NCBI GenBank assembly: GCA_965285935.1
Contig: OZ260663.1
Location: 41,602,001 to 41,666,000, forward strand
From: Ophelia neglecta
Taxonomy: Eukaryota
DNA length: 64,000 bases
Direction: 5' to 3'
Part shown: one piece after another, positions 40,501 to 51,826 of the stretch
Position numbering within the stretch: position 1 is the first letter of the stretch
Layout: each line of letters begins with the position of its first letter
Translations under genes and position numbers: made by a program
Notes under the pieces: model-generated
The model's database searches: none
What the model was told of the DNA's origin: nothing
Seen by the model: only the letters and a program-made list of their open reading frames with translations

Positions 40501-40653
40501 GTAACTGGTTATTTCTCCTGGCCGGTTTTCGAGGTTTGGTACGTAACAGATTACCAGATAGACCTGTTTATGTTATTTTAGTTTTAACAGATGAGTAAGT
40601 TATGGCTTGGCTTTTTCCTCCATATTATTATTTATGTTGTAAGCTTTATTAAA

Positions 40654-43600
40654 TCACGAAGTCGTCGAGCTATTTTCGACGGCCTGCGCTACATTGAGGA
40701 CGGTAACTTCATCGTAGTGTTTCCCGACGATCATCATTCCCACAGGAAGTCCTCCCAGGAAGCCAGCGTTTATAGACAAGGCAGGATGACCAGTCGAATT
40801 AAACGGTACCGTATTGTCAATTTTTAAGTCTCCCCATGTGTGTTCTGCAATATAGGATACAACGTATATTTTCATTATATTGATGTCATGGTTTCAATCA
40901 AAACTTCATTTTTGATCTAAGCATTTACCCCTTACAAATCCAAACAAGATTTATAGTGACATATTATTTGATATTTCACAATTCAAAGACTCCACGTGTT
41001 TTCGGTGGTCCATTGTACTGGTTTAAAGACATTTATGACTGTTTTGAGCTTAGTTATTTCAAGCTTGTCGCAGGGACCGCTGCACAACAGTCTAAAGGAA
41101 TTTAAGGTCGGAAATATCGACCTGTAACATCTCTTGTAGAAAACAATCCCGTTCAATATTTCAGCTGCGGCGAAACTGTTCCAATGTCGTTTACTGAATA
41201 ATAGTAGTTTTTACGATTGTAGATTTAACTTTCAAGCTGAAATTAGTCATGAAAATCTTTAAAACTGTGAATCTCCAACACCCTTTTGTCCCAAAATGTA
41301 ATGTACATCAGATTCAAACAACTCGTACTCATAAAATTGTCCGCCATATCCTTGACTGTGGGTAGCCTTGGAGCCGTGGTAGGCATAGTCGGCATTATGA
41401 GGACATCGTTTTTCTCCAGCGCGTCGTTGTAGGCCTTATCAAGCAACCTAGTCAAATTACGAGACTTGGCATAGTACTTTGATCCGTTTGTTCTCTTGAA
41501 AAGTAAGGGATAGGGTTTCGTGTCATTTACGTAAGTCAACAAACATTAAGCTATTTACTATACATGCATCAGATAAGACAGAATACAGCAATGTCCTGGA
41601 AGTGTGTAATAAAATAATTATCGGCTAAGCTTGTCTATATACTATACACTTGGGGAACCTACATTCAGCAATTCCCCATAAAGACACATGGCTTTCATGT
41701 CCGAAGACAAATCATCCGGGCGACTCTTTACAGCCCTCCACATATGTTCCATCATAGACGTGGGGTAAAAGCCCTTGTGACCTGTCCCGAACCCTTCAAT
41801 TTTTCAAAAGTAACAATTCAATTGGTATCTTACATTGTAATGTTGCAAAACAGAAAATGCCAGAGATCGCTGTTGTGCATGCAGAGGCGAAAACGGCGTT
41901 ACCGAGCGGCGAGCTCGCCGCACTGTGAAGCCGCAAGCTTGCTGTAGAGACAGTGCACTGCCGCATGGTAATCCTGTTCGCCGCAATCTCCGCTGCACAA
42001 CACTGAAGATGCAATAAGTAAAGGAAAGAAATCCCTGCAATATTTATTCTAACACGCCATTTACCGCCATGCTCGATCAAGGTCCTATATCCTCCTTGTA
42101 AACAGCAAACTTTCCGGATAGATGAAGCTGTGGTTGTAAATAAACTGTATTAATTCAGATATAACAAATTAAATAAAGGAAGAAGACTTATTTTCGTACA
42201 AACGTGATACAATCCAAAAAATTAGTGAGTAATAGGTTTATAAGAAAGCAAGAAACTAGGGCGAGAGTGGTTACATAATCTGTTTAGCTAGAACCCAAAT
42301 GGGAATAGATCGACACCCGGCAGAATAAAGCGTCATTTGTTTAAGAGCAATCACCTTTCTTATGCAGAGGTATACTGACATCCTCTATCTTGTTTGCTGA
42401 AAAACAGTCAAGCACGGCCTGTCTCACTATACTCTGGACACCGTCGTCACAAGCAACAAAACCCTCGGTCAGCAGGCCAATTTTGATATCTTTGACATCC
42501 CCTGTCACCTGATATAGTCCATGGTTTCTTTTATTGAATTGCAGTCAATATAAAAGAGCCAAATACTGACTTTTGTCATCAAAGAACTAATAGTAATTTG
42601 GCAGCCAGTCATTATCGTTGTATTTATGACAGATACGTATATGATGAAACTAATATTTTAAACGAAAGCTAGGTGTCTGCACTTCATGAGCAAAATTAAT
42701 ACGGACATTTTCGCGGGTATTATTTCTCCCAATGGCATGTCCGCGAACACCTCGAATAGTTTTTTTTAAACAAACGGCGAAAATTAATAAAAATGGTCTT
42801 TTTCTACCTGATTCCGAAAAAACAGAATTTGTTGAATTTAATAAAATGGGGTCTTTTCTTCAAGCTGATTACAACTGAAAGGTAATGAGTGGCCAGAAGG
42901 TGTCCATTGTTGTTTTAATTATGTCAATTAGGAATAAGAAATTATTAATCATTTTCTTTCCTTACCTAAAAGAACTGAAGTCAGTTCTTTTTTTTAATGT
43001 GTTTAAAAAAAAATCAGCCTTTCCCCCGGAAAAAGGGTGATTTTTGACTAAAAATCAGTGGAAAGGGGTATTTCACAAGGATAGGAACTATATACGTGTA
43101 GGCCTATGTCCTCCTTTTTTATCTGAAGTGCAGGCCCCGGGCTACGAGTACATTGACATTTATTGTGGATTTAGTGAGGGGGAATGTTGGAGGCTTACAA
43201 GCTCTGAATAAGCGAGTCCTTTTGTATTGAGTTGCTGCTTGGAGTCGAGACCATCATCGTACCCGGCTATTGCCTGCAGAAGCAGCCATGGGATTTTGAC
43301 AGGTAAAAAAACAGTAATTAGTCTTACAAACGCTAGATCACAACATTATACAAATATATGTAATTAAATTGCACTGGAACAACAACTTTAAATGAAAAAC
43401 TTTCATTTCTGTTCATTCGTAAGGTTTCTTAAGATGAAACTTGCAATAGTTGAAAATACACCAATGCTATTTTACTCACCTGAAGCAGCAAAGCGCAGTC
43501 TTTGACCGTCCTCGCCATTGGACCGACGTGATCCATCGTGGGTTCCCTCCCGCAGATCCCTGTGTAGGGCACAAGACCAAATGTCGGCTTCAAACCTACC

Positions 43601-46600
43601 AAACCACAATAGGAGGAAGGAATGCGGATAGAGCCACCTTGGTCTCCTCCTGTAGCCATGTCGGCTTCTTTCAGAGCTACCTACGGGTGAACCGTAACTT
43701 TTACCGTAACGTTTGCCACAAAGGAGTAATTTGTAATATGACCCCCATTTGACAATTTGGTATAAACTTCATGTATGTCGAGCATTCCGTGCTAATGACA
43801 CCCTAATTGCGGTCACCCATCAGGCATAACGCTTCACTTAGAAACAACGAGAAACCAGCAAAGGCATTGCCAGTCTACCAGATTTTGGTTCCATAAGTGT
43901 ATTTATTGAAAGAAATCCAAGACTGCCGATAGTTAGAATTATTTTCGTTTGAAGAATGAATTAGAAATAATTGATTCAATAGCATCTAGAGGCATCATCT
44001 TTAATCCGTGGCAAAACCGGCCGGGGTACCGACTTAGCGGAACACAAGGCCGCTGTGCGTCGATCAGCTTGACCGGTGGTTGATTTGAATGATTATGAAT
44101 TAATGAAAAGATAATGACTCACGACAACAGCGCTGCCAGAGCTGGAGCCCCCAGCTGTGTGCTCCTTGTTTATAGGGTTGTACACAGGTCCGAAGGCTGA
44201 CGTACAACTACCACCAGATGCACATAGGTCTTCACACACAGTTTTCCCTATTAGCTCGCCACCTTAAAGCACACATTTCAAGTATCAATACTAAATCTGT
44301 ATCATTAACTAAACTTTTTTCAAACAAGGGCATAAGAAGCAATATATTTAAGAAATTCTAAGAAATTCTATAATTATTAACAATGTTTTGACATCACACG
44401 ACAAAGTGGCATATGAATTACATTGTGATATACCTGCATCTAGAATTCTGGTGACGATGGTAGCGTCAAACTCTGGTGTATATCCTTCCATCAGCCGAGA
44501 CCCGACCATCATGGGGACGCCAGCCACGGCCACAGAATCCTTCAGGGCGATTTTCTTACCCTTCAGGATACCATCAGCTGCCCCTTCGATGCCGGTTTTG
44601 TAATACCTGGCATATAACATATATTAGAGACACAGAACAGAAATTGAGTTCATTGTATAACTTTGTGGCTCTGCAGCGAAGTGTTTCTGGTGAAATCTGA
44701 CTGATTTAGTGAATAATTCCGGGACTACTGATTTAGGATCTTCTTCCACGTTTAAAAAATATATATGTTTAACAATGCGGTGGATATAAGTACACCCACT
44801 AAAAGGTAAGGGCTGAGGGTAACACCTCAATGCGGAAGTTGGTCACAAGGAATCATATATTAACGAGAGCTCATTCTCAGGTAGTATTGTGTCAAAGGAG
44901 GCAAACTAGGAAGGAAGGGCACTAGCTATGGACTGTACAATTTACGAAGTATGACCTGAACTTTACAAAGCGCCCGGTATGCTACTCTAGATAAAGCATG
45001 GGCTCTCATACGCGTTTCTATTTTAGGGGAAAAAGGGGCAATTATCCCAACCTACTATAACTCTCCTCCTCGATCTGTTGAAAAAAGTGTCTTTTTTTGG
45101 GCAAAATATCCATGGACAAACACTAAATGGGTCATCTTAGTATCAGCTTTGTAATCAAAACTCCTGAGACACCGTCATTTTCACCTATTCAGGGTACAAA
45201 ACTACGCTAAGGAATAGGCCTATATGAAAGGTTCGCTACAAATGGAAATTTGATCGTCAGAATCTCATATAATCACACTTTTAGAATACAATGTAAAAAT
45301 GTGAAACCTGTCATCTGAGACCACCCAAGGGCCTGGAAAATGTAGGTCTGACTCTGGAGGTGGTCCGTTTAAATTAGTTGTCTGTATTGGCAGGTGGTCT
45401 GATTATAGAGGTGGTCTTTAAAGCAGGTTTCACTGTACAATGTGGTATCTTGTACGAAAGAACTTAGAAGTATGACAGTAGAATATTGCCTTACCAATCA
45501 GGTAGGATATGAACACTGAGGGAGTTGATTTATGTATACCGGGCGGACACACCAGATCGATGTTAAAGAATAATACATAAAAATCATTAGTTCCTCACAA
45601 GCCCTCATCAGTATTGCCGCAAAACACAGATGCAGTTTTTATATTTATTAGATTCCAGCTCATCATGTTAACTTGGTGAAAAAGTTACCAAATGAAAAAT
45701 ACGTATCCAATTACCATGCATTGTGGGTATTTTCTTCAAGAGATGGTCTGTAGCCCGGCGTCCTGGCGTATTTAACAGGTAACGAAGGCTCTGGGAGCTC
45801 GTCAATCTCCCTACACGCCTCTAACCAGTCTTCCAACACATCTGAATGCAGTTAATTTAAAGATCAAATATATGCGAATCAGGTCGCACATGCGCACATC
45901 CGGACGTGCCAATTTGTACACATACTACGAGGAAGCCCCAACAATGTGGAATTGCTACTGTTAGCGAGGCCAAAATGGGATACTATGAGGTGCATTGAAG
46001 TCTATTTGTGAAGTTTACAACAATACTTGCTGTTCAAAGTAGCCATAAAACACATATTCATTAAACAAAATTGATTTTGACCGAACATTTAGCGGCACAA
46101 GTACAAGGCGAAATGCACATATAATTTTCCAATATGGCCGCTTGTGGCCTGGATCTCCGCAGCTATCGCTGAAGTTATCTGTGACAAAAATAACGTCACA
46201 AACGCATGCTACTGTGTTTGGTGCCCGATGTTTGCTCGGCATCCTCTATGTGAACACAATGACAGCTCTCGTAAATTCGCGCATAAGATCCCGCGTACAG
46301 CGTGAGTTCGTGCGTGAATAACCTAGTACCATTTACGCAATGTATAAGGAGGATCCGAATCAAATCTATCGGTATCCACATCTCTTACTGAACCGGAAAA
46401 ATATTCAGAAACTTTTTTCGTATCTAATAACGTCTTGGTGATTCAATCTATACTAACGGTTTAGCAGAATAAGTGAACAGAAAAGCAGTCATTCGTTGCT
46501 AGAATAACGAATTTAGCAAAAAATCATTCTCACCTTGATATACTTTCATCTGTTTTTCAGAGATGTCGAAGCCCAGGTCCTTAGAGATCCCCTGCAGAGT

Positions 46601-46654
46601 CTCGACAGTCGGCTTGTTTATCGCCGGACTCCAGTACATCTTGTCCTCGCTCAT
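40654..46654 (-). CDS. Amidase signature (AS) family amidase, 513 aa, 11 exons, bacterial-like CX3C subtype
   Basis: Exons 46654-46534, 45841-45715, 44606-44434, 44262-44123, 43680-43480, 43273-43199, 42508-42355, 42127-42065, 41793-41663, 41494-41329 and 40844-40654; all GT-AG, phases consistent, 1542 nt. Motifs: catalytic Lys (IALKDS), [46 protein letters not shown] and [20 protein letters not shown]. Confidence 0.95.
45300..45437. mobile_element. pogo/Tigger-type MITE in amidase intron 2
   Basis: GTGAAACCTG... / ...CAGGTTTCACTG|TA inverted termini with internal GAGGTGGTC / GACCACC repeats. Confidence 0.65.
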
Positions 46655-47544
46655 AGCCCTAGTAGGTGGCTATTATATAGCGGTTTTGAATATTAGTCCC
46701 TGGTCAATTGGAGATGCCTTGAATAAAAAGGGCTACCTATTGGCTTAAATTAAAAAAGTCTATACGCTATTGTATATTTTGAATTAAGGTTTTTTCGGTA
46801 AACTTATGCCGTTGGAGTCAGATCAAATAATCTTACGTGCTTTTTGTTTTTATTTTGTGTAGCTGATTCAGAATGATACATTGTTAAGATGTGCCTTTCT
46901 TTAGCTTATCCTTTTATCGATAGCTTTTATCACCATCTAAGTATGAATAAACGAACTTCTTGTTAAACTTCCTTTATGCAATACCAATGCGCCAATATCT
47001 ATGTGCTCCAGGTTGCAGTGAACCAAATAGCAGTTATTCCATGCAATGCTGCCCCCTGGTAGGTGTTCCAGAGCTCTCAGAGCAATAATGAAGTGGGCCA
47101 AGCTGGCCTGTTATTGGCCAAAAAAGGCAGAAAACATATCCGGGTTGCCTGTTTTTTTCAACTCGCTCCTCTAGCACACTTTTGTATATACATTTGCTTT
47201 GCTGAATCTTTGGTATTTTTTCCCTAATACATATGCCTCTAGGCAGAACTAGTCGCTATATGCAGATTATTGTTGTGAAAATACGAAAAATGACGTCGAA
47301 AAGCCTCGATTTAACATGTAAGTGATAGGAGATTTATTAAGTTCCCTGCAATCTCCATCTGCGCACATAGCAGGTCATGGCAGTGCATTTATATTGTAAA
47401 ATTTATTCTAAGATACGACAACAATCTGTAGGCTCCTTCAATTCGGTCCGAAAACAATATGAAATCATCCTCTACTAGCCATAACAAACTTCCATGAAGC
47501 CACAAGTGAATTCCTCAAAGCCCTGAGGAGTTATAACGGTTTAA

Positions 47545-47663
47545 AGTTGCTTAAAGTTGGTCGGTCGGTCGGTCGGTCGGTCGGTCGGTCGATCGGTCGG
47601 TCGGTCGGACGGACAACCCGACTACATAATGCCTCCGGACCCTTCGGGGCGGAGGCATAAAAA
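47545..47663 (-). mobile_element. Helentron-associated (DINE-1/HINE-like) element end with (GGTC)n microsatellite
   Basis: The (GGTC)n/(GGAC)n array is followed by the stem-loop ATGCCTCCG...CGGAGGCAT and an A-run, the typical HINE/DINE-1 terminal architecture. Confidence 0.65.
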
Positions 47664-47684
47664 CTTCTGAGTGCAACATTCTGA

Positions 47685-47924
47685 CAGTGGCGGATCCGGA
47701 TTTCAGGAAGGGGGTGGGGGTGGGGGGTGGGGTGGGGGGATTTTCCAAGGCTCACCTATGATTTGTTGCCAACAAATATGTCTAGAGTTGGCAAATGTCT
47801 GGATTGTCCCCGTTATCAACCCTCTAAAACCACCTTGCGTGGGGTCAGAAATAGGTCCTATTTTTAGCAAAAAAAAGGGGTGGGGGGATGCGGGCCCCCT
47901 GGCCCCACCCTGAATCCGCTACTG
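47685..47924. mobile_element. MITE with CAGTGGCGGAT-type terminal inverted repeats
   Basis: CAGTGGCGGATCC... / ...GAATCCGCTACTG imperfect TIRs with a G-rich interior; related to 3982-4193. Confidence 0.7.
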
Positions 47925-48511
47925 CAATACAGAAATAAACGCGCCAGGCCATAACCAGCCCGGCCACAACCAAAGCGGCTATGACTCACGCCCGACTGCT
48001 CATCATAGTCAAGCCTGAAATACAGTTAGGTCTAAGCAGCACTGTCAACCTTGAACTTATCAAATCTATATTGATGGTTCGGTTAATGAGTTTGACGGTG
48101 CCCGTAGCCGAAGGAATTTCTGTTAGGAGTTTCTACATTTAATAGTGGATACAGACAAGTGGACAATGTGTGTTATGGTTTGACTAAAGTTAGGTTATTA
48201 GAAAAAAAGAAATGTTTTTCTATTAGAATACCTAAGGTTATTACACCCTTGATATTGAACAATTGAGGTATCAACCTCAAGCTCTTGTCAGAAACCCTTT
48301 CCCATTTAAAGCATTACATTTTTAGATACAGCGAGTGATCTGATTACCATCACATTTTCAGCAATGCTGCCTACATGAATGTTGAGACAAATATTCATAT
48401 ACGTAAAGAACACCAACACTACAATCTGCACATTATATCTTAAATATATATCTATTCTCTACCAGTAAGGGAGGCGCAATGATTAGGAAGACATGTCTTT
48501 GTTTCTTCACC

Positions 48512-48950
48512 TATATATATATATATTTATTGTCTCTCCAAACCCCTAATCAGACCACTCAAGAGACTGACCATAAGTAGTCTACATAGAACTGATAGAA
48601 GGATGCACATAGTAAGTTTTGTTCAGATTGCCATACCCCGAACAGGTAAGTCGTTGCCGCCCACCCCCTCTGCGGGACTATTTCTAAAACAGGCCTAAAT
48701 GGAAATACAGTGTACATACAGTATGAAATGGCGCGGTGTCTAAAACTGGTGTCATTGGCCTGCTCTACATTGTTGACTAGGTTATGTAAACCCTGCCAGG
48801 GACGAATAGGGCCTCGGGACCTATTGTGTTCGTTGTGCAGCTGGCCCATGTTTGCCTTTAGATTCTCGGTCTGATCGTATTCTACCAGGAAGTGTACCCA
48901 AGGGTCTATCAATACCTTTACGGATTGCGGGTGGCCCTGAACTATTTTAG
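48512..48950 (-). mobile_element. Probable 3' fragment of a LINE with (TA)n tail
   Basis: A 117-codon ORF ends at 48559 and is followed within about 30 nt by AATAAA and (TA)n. The H..ISYC...FR motif resembles a decayed C-terminal knuckle. Confidence 0.4.
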
Positions 48951-49514
48951 AAGGGTTACTACCTATACTACAAGCCCATTAGAGATCCATATGATGGGGT
49001 TGTTTGTAAGAGTATGTTGTTTCATTTATCGTAGTTAGATATAGGGGCGTACTTTTTATTTTACCCATGCAATTGGACCTCTCCCCCCTCCCCTAATTTG
49101 CCGATGTAGCTATCACATCCACTATAATTAGATATATAGCCTAATGCTGTCAGAACGTATGCCTATAGCTACGCAGTATGTAGATCTAATAGTAGACCGA
49201 ATGACACAGGATTTCTTTTTAATGCGGGGACTAATTACTGGTGTAAATTACTGTGAAAGACAATCCAAACCTGAAGAAGCAAACAAATTTCTTACTGATG
49301 CGGGCTAGAACCTACATTATTGCGCATGCGTGGAACTAGAAGGAGGCAAATTTATATTGCTCCTCAAATTTCTTGAATTGGACTAAAATAAGGGCCGCGT
49401 TTTCCCTAAGGGATAACAGGCCGCAGAGCGAAGACTAGTCAGATGCTTCCAAAGTTGTTCACCAAGAAGGTCCATTGGTATTATCTCTATTCTTTAATCA
49501 TCCTTGCCATCAGC

Positions 49515-51817
49515 ATGGGCGACAATGAAGGGGAATCAAAGTCGGACCGAGAGATTCTGTTGGGAATAGCTAAAGACACGGCGTACAACAAACAAAAGCT
49601 GACCAGCTTGGAGAGCAGTTTAGACAAAATACAATCTGACATCTCCGACATAAACGAGCGCATTCAGAGAAACGAGAAAAGCATTACACTTGTGGATCAG
49701 AAAGCTGACAAAAACAAAGGAACCATTGACAAAGTGATCGAAGAGCTAGGCAAGCTGAGAAGAGAATGCAGTGACTGGCATGATAGAGATCAAGCTGCTA
49801 AAATGAAGCTCGAGGTCGACCGACGCGCTGATCATATCGTGATTTATGATATGGAACCATCGGGTACAACGTCGGATATATCTCTTGCAAGAAACCTGCT
49901 GAAGGAATTGGGTTACTCACCTAAGGAGTCTCGTGATATGTGCTTACGTGTGGTAAAACGAGCAAATTCTGAAAACAACAGGAATAAACCCGGACCACTC
50001 ATTGTAAAACTGCAGAGTAGAAATGCATGCCCACAAGTCTTACCAGCCTGTCACGTCTCGTTTAACTCTTGCACTGATTATTATTAGTAAATAAGCTTGT
50101 ACATAATGTATGAATTTTTAGATGTGCTAGTAATATTAGTGATCTTACGATAATATGACGGAATAATTAAATATATGTTTAATGACCTGCATTTTATAAA
50201 TGACTTCCTATTGTTCAGACACCATTATTCATGTTCTACCAAATCTTCGATTTATTTCAATTTAATAAATAATTTAAACTCCATATGGCTGTGTTGACTT
50301 TTGGTTCACCTGAGAAAAATGCAGTATTCGATGTCTTTGATAAAGCAAGGACCGCTGAAATGAGTCACCGCTTTGGTAAAGACGTCCCATTCCCTATACG
50401 TGCTGCGCGTGCTCTCCTGATCCCAAGGGTACATGACCTTCGTAAAATTGACAGCTCCATCAAACTCGAATGGCCAGCACGTCTCCGTGTCGGCCAGGAA
50501 GTGCTATTCGAGTTCTTCGAAGGTTATTCCGATAAACCGGATACCAGAATGATGCAACAGGTAGAATCAGCGGATCTAACAAATTTGGATAGGGTTATTG
50601 CCGAAAGACTCACAGGACAGGGTGAATCTGCCGAGGACCGTCCCAAGAAATGGTTGCCTAAGAAGCGTAAGCTGGCTGGTCCAGACAGCAGTAACCTAGA
50701 CGGGGGACAACCACTAGATGATGATGTAGGTGTAGAAACTGTTAACAATGTCTTAAATTTACTGAGTAAACCAAAAGATGTAAAAAATGTATCAGTCTCT
50801 GCCCCTTCTCACAGAACCATCCGGGTTGATGCCTCCCCTGTTGCTGTAATATCACAGGGCCAAATGCATGTATTTGATATAAATGATGATACGTATGTAC
50901 CAACTTTGTCAGATAAAACCCATGTAATGGACCATGATCTAGATGTAACTAATATAGATATCAGCAAATTGCAGTCTACTCCTACAGTAAACAGAATAAG
51001 AACTTCAAATCGGTTCGCCGCTCTTGATTTTGGTAATGATCTTGAAATGACTTGTATTGATACCAAAAACACCAACACTGTCATTACTACAGCACCTCAC
51101 GACATAGCACAACAAAATACACATGGCATCACTGACAAAAATAAGACACAATCAGACGATATAAATGACAGAGAGGGGGGATCATCAGAATCTGATACTG
51201 GGTTGGATTGTACCATTATTACCAAGATGCCTGCTGGTAGTATCCGACCAAGTAGGCCGCCGGTAACACTCGCTAATAAGGCTTTGTGCAAGAAAACCCC
51301 CTCAAATAAACTACAAGGAAATAAATTTCGAGGTCAGCCACGTAATGTTAACACTAGGCCCCATCCCCCTCAACAAATGTTTGTAAACAAAGACCACCCA
51401 TCCATGGCCACACATAACAGTATGGACAGGCGCCTGTCCAAACGTCCCCAAACAACTGAGGTCAGGTCCCAGGGCATGGTGAATGACCCGGTAAAACAGA
51501 TTAATGATATAACAAAGGCAACTACTTTGGTCAATGTGACACCAACAATTAGTGGCATGAACTCAACTCACAATGCTCTGGCTAGCACAAGTGGCAGCCA
51601 GAGCAACTGTGACCCAAGCTCTCCCGATGCACAAAGTAAAGCTGGTAGTGGTAAATCAATTTGGATAGAAAACAAGGTAAATACCATGCGTGCTAATGCA
51701 TCGAACATACCTCTTACACCAAGCCAGTTTAATCAGGCAACATTACCAGCTCAGGTTGAAAAGAACGCCGGCCCCAGGGGTAGGAAGGGAAAGGGCAAAA
51801 TAAATAAGAAAAAATAG
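49515..51817 (+). pseudogene. LINE ORF1 (about 668 aa once a 289-bp insertion is removed)
   Basis: ORFs 49443-50087 and 50285-51817 fuse to ...PGPLIVKLQSRNA|VFDVFDKAR...KDVPFPIRAARALL when 50028-50323 is removed. Heptad coiled coil, RRM-like region, long low-complexity region and basic C-terminus RGRKGKGKINKK. Confidence 0.75.
50028..50316. mobile_element. Unclassified AT-rich 289-bp insertion with 7-bp TSD inside LINE ORF1
   Basis: AAATGCA duplicated at 50021-50027 and 50317-50323; removal restores the ORF1 frame. Confidence 0.7.
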
Positions 51818-51826
51818 CAATTACAG
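51815..51826 (+). promoter_or_regulatory. Putative stop-codon readthrough signal TAG-CAA-TTA between LINE ORF1 and ORF2
   Basis: AAA TAG CAA TTA CAG matches the UAG-CAR-YYA consensus, and ORF2 continues in the same frame. Confidence 0.7.

Noticed and set aside
47559-47612. Short repeat arrays here and at 58312-58388 as CRISPR-like
   Set aside because: Simple micro/minisatellites without unique spacers, in eukaryotic DNA with no cas genes.
49443-49514. Hydrophobic, signal-peptide-like N-terminal extension of LINE ORF1
   Set aside because: Probably in-frame 5' UTR. The second ATG (49515, AGCATGG) has the better context and precedes a typical ORF1 start; not supportable without other copies.
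50028-50316. Possible spliceosomal intron or solo LTR in ORF1
   Set aside because: No convincing plus-strand GT-AG pair restores the junction, and no TG...CA ends with a matching 4-6-bp TSD were found. The 7-bp duplication indicates a simple insertion.
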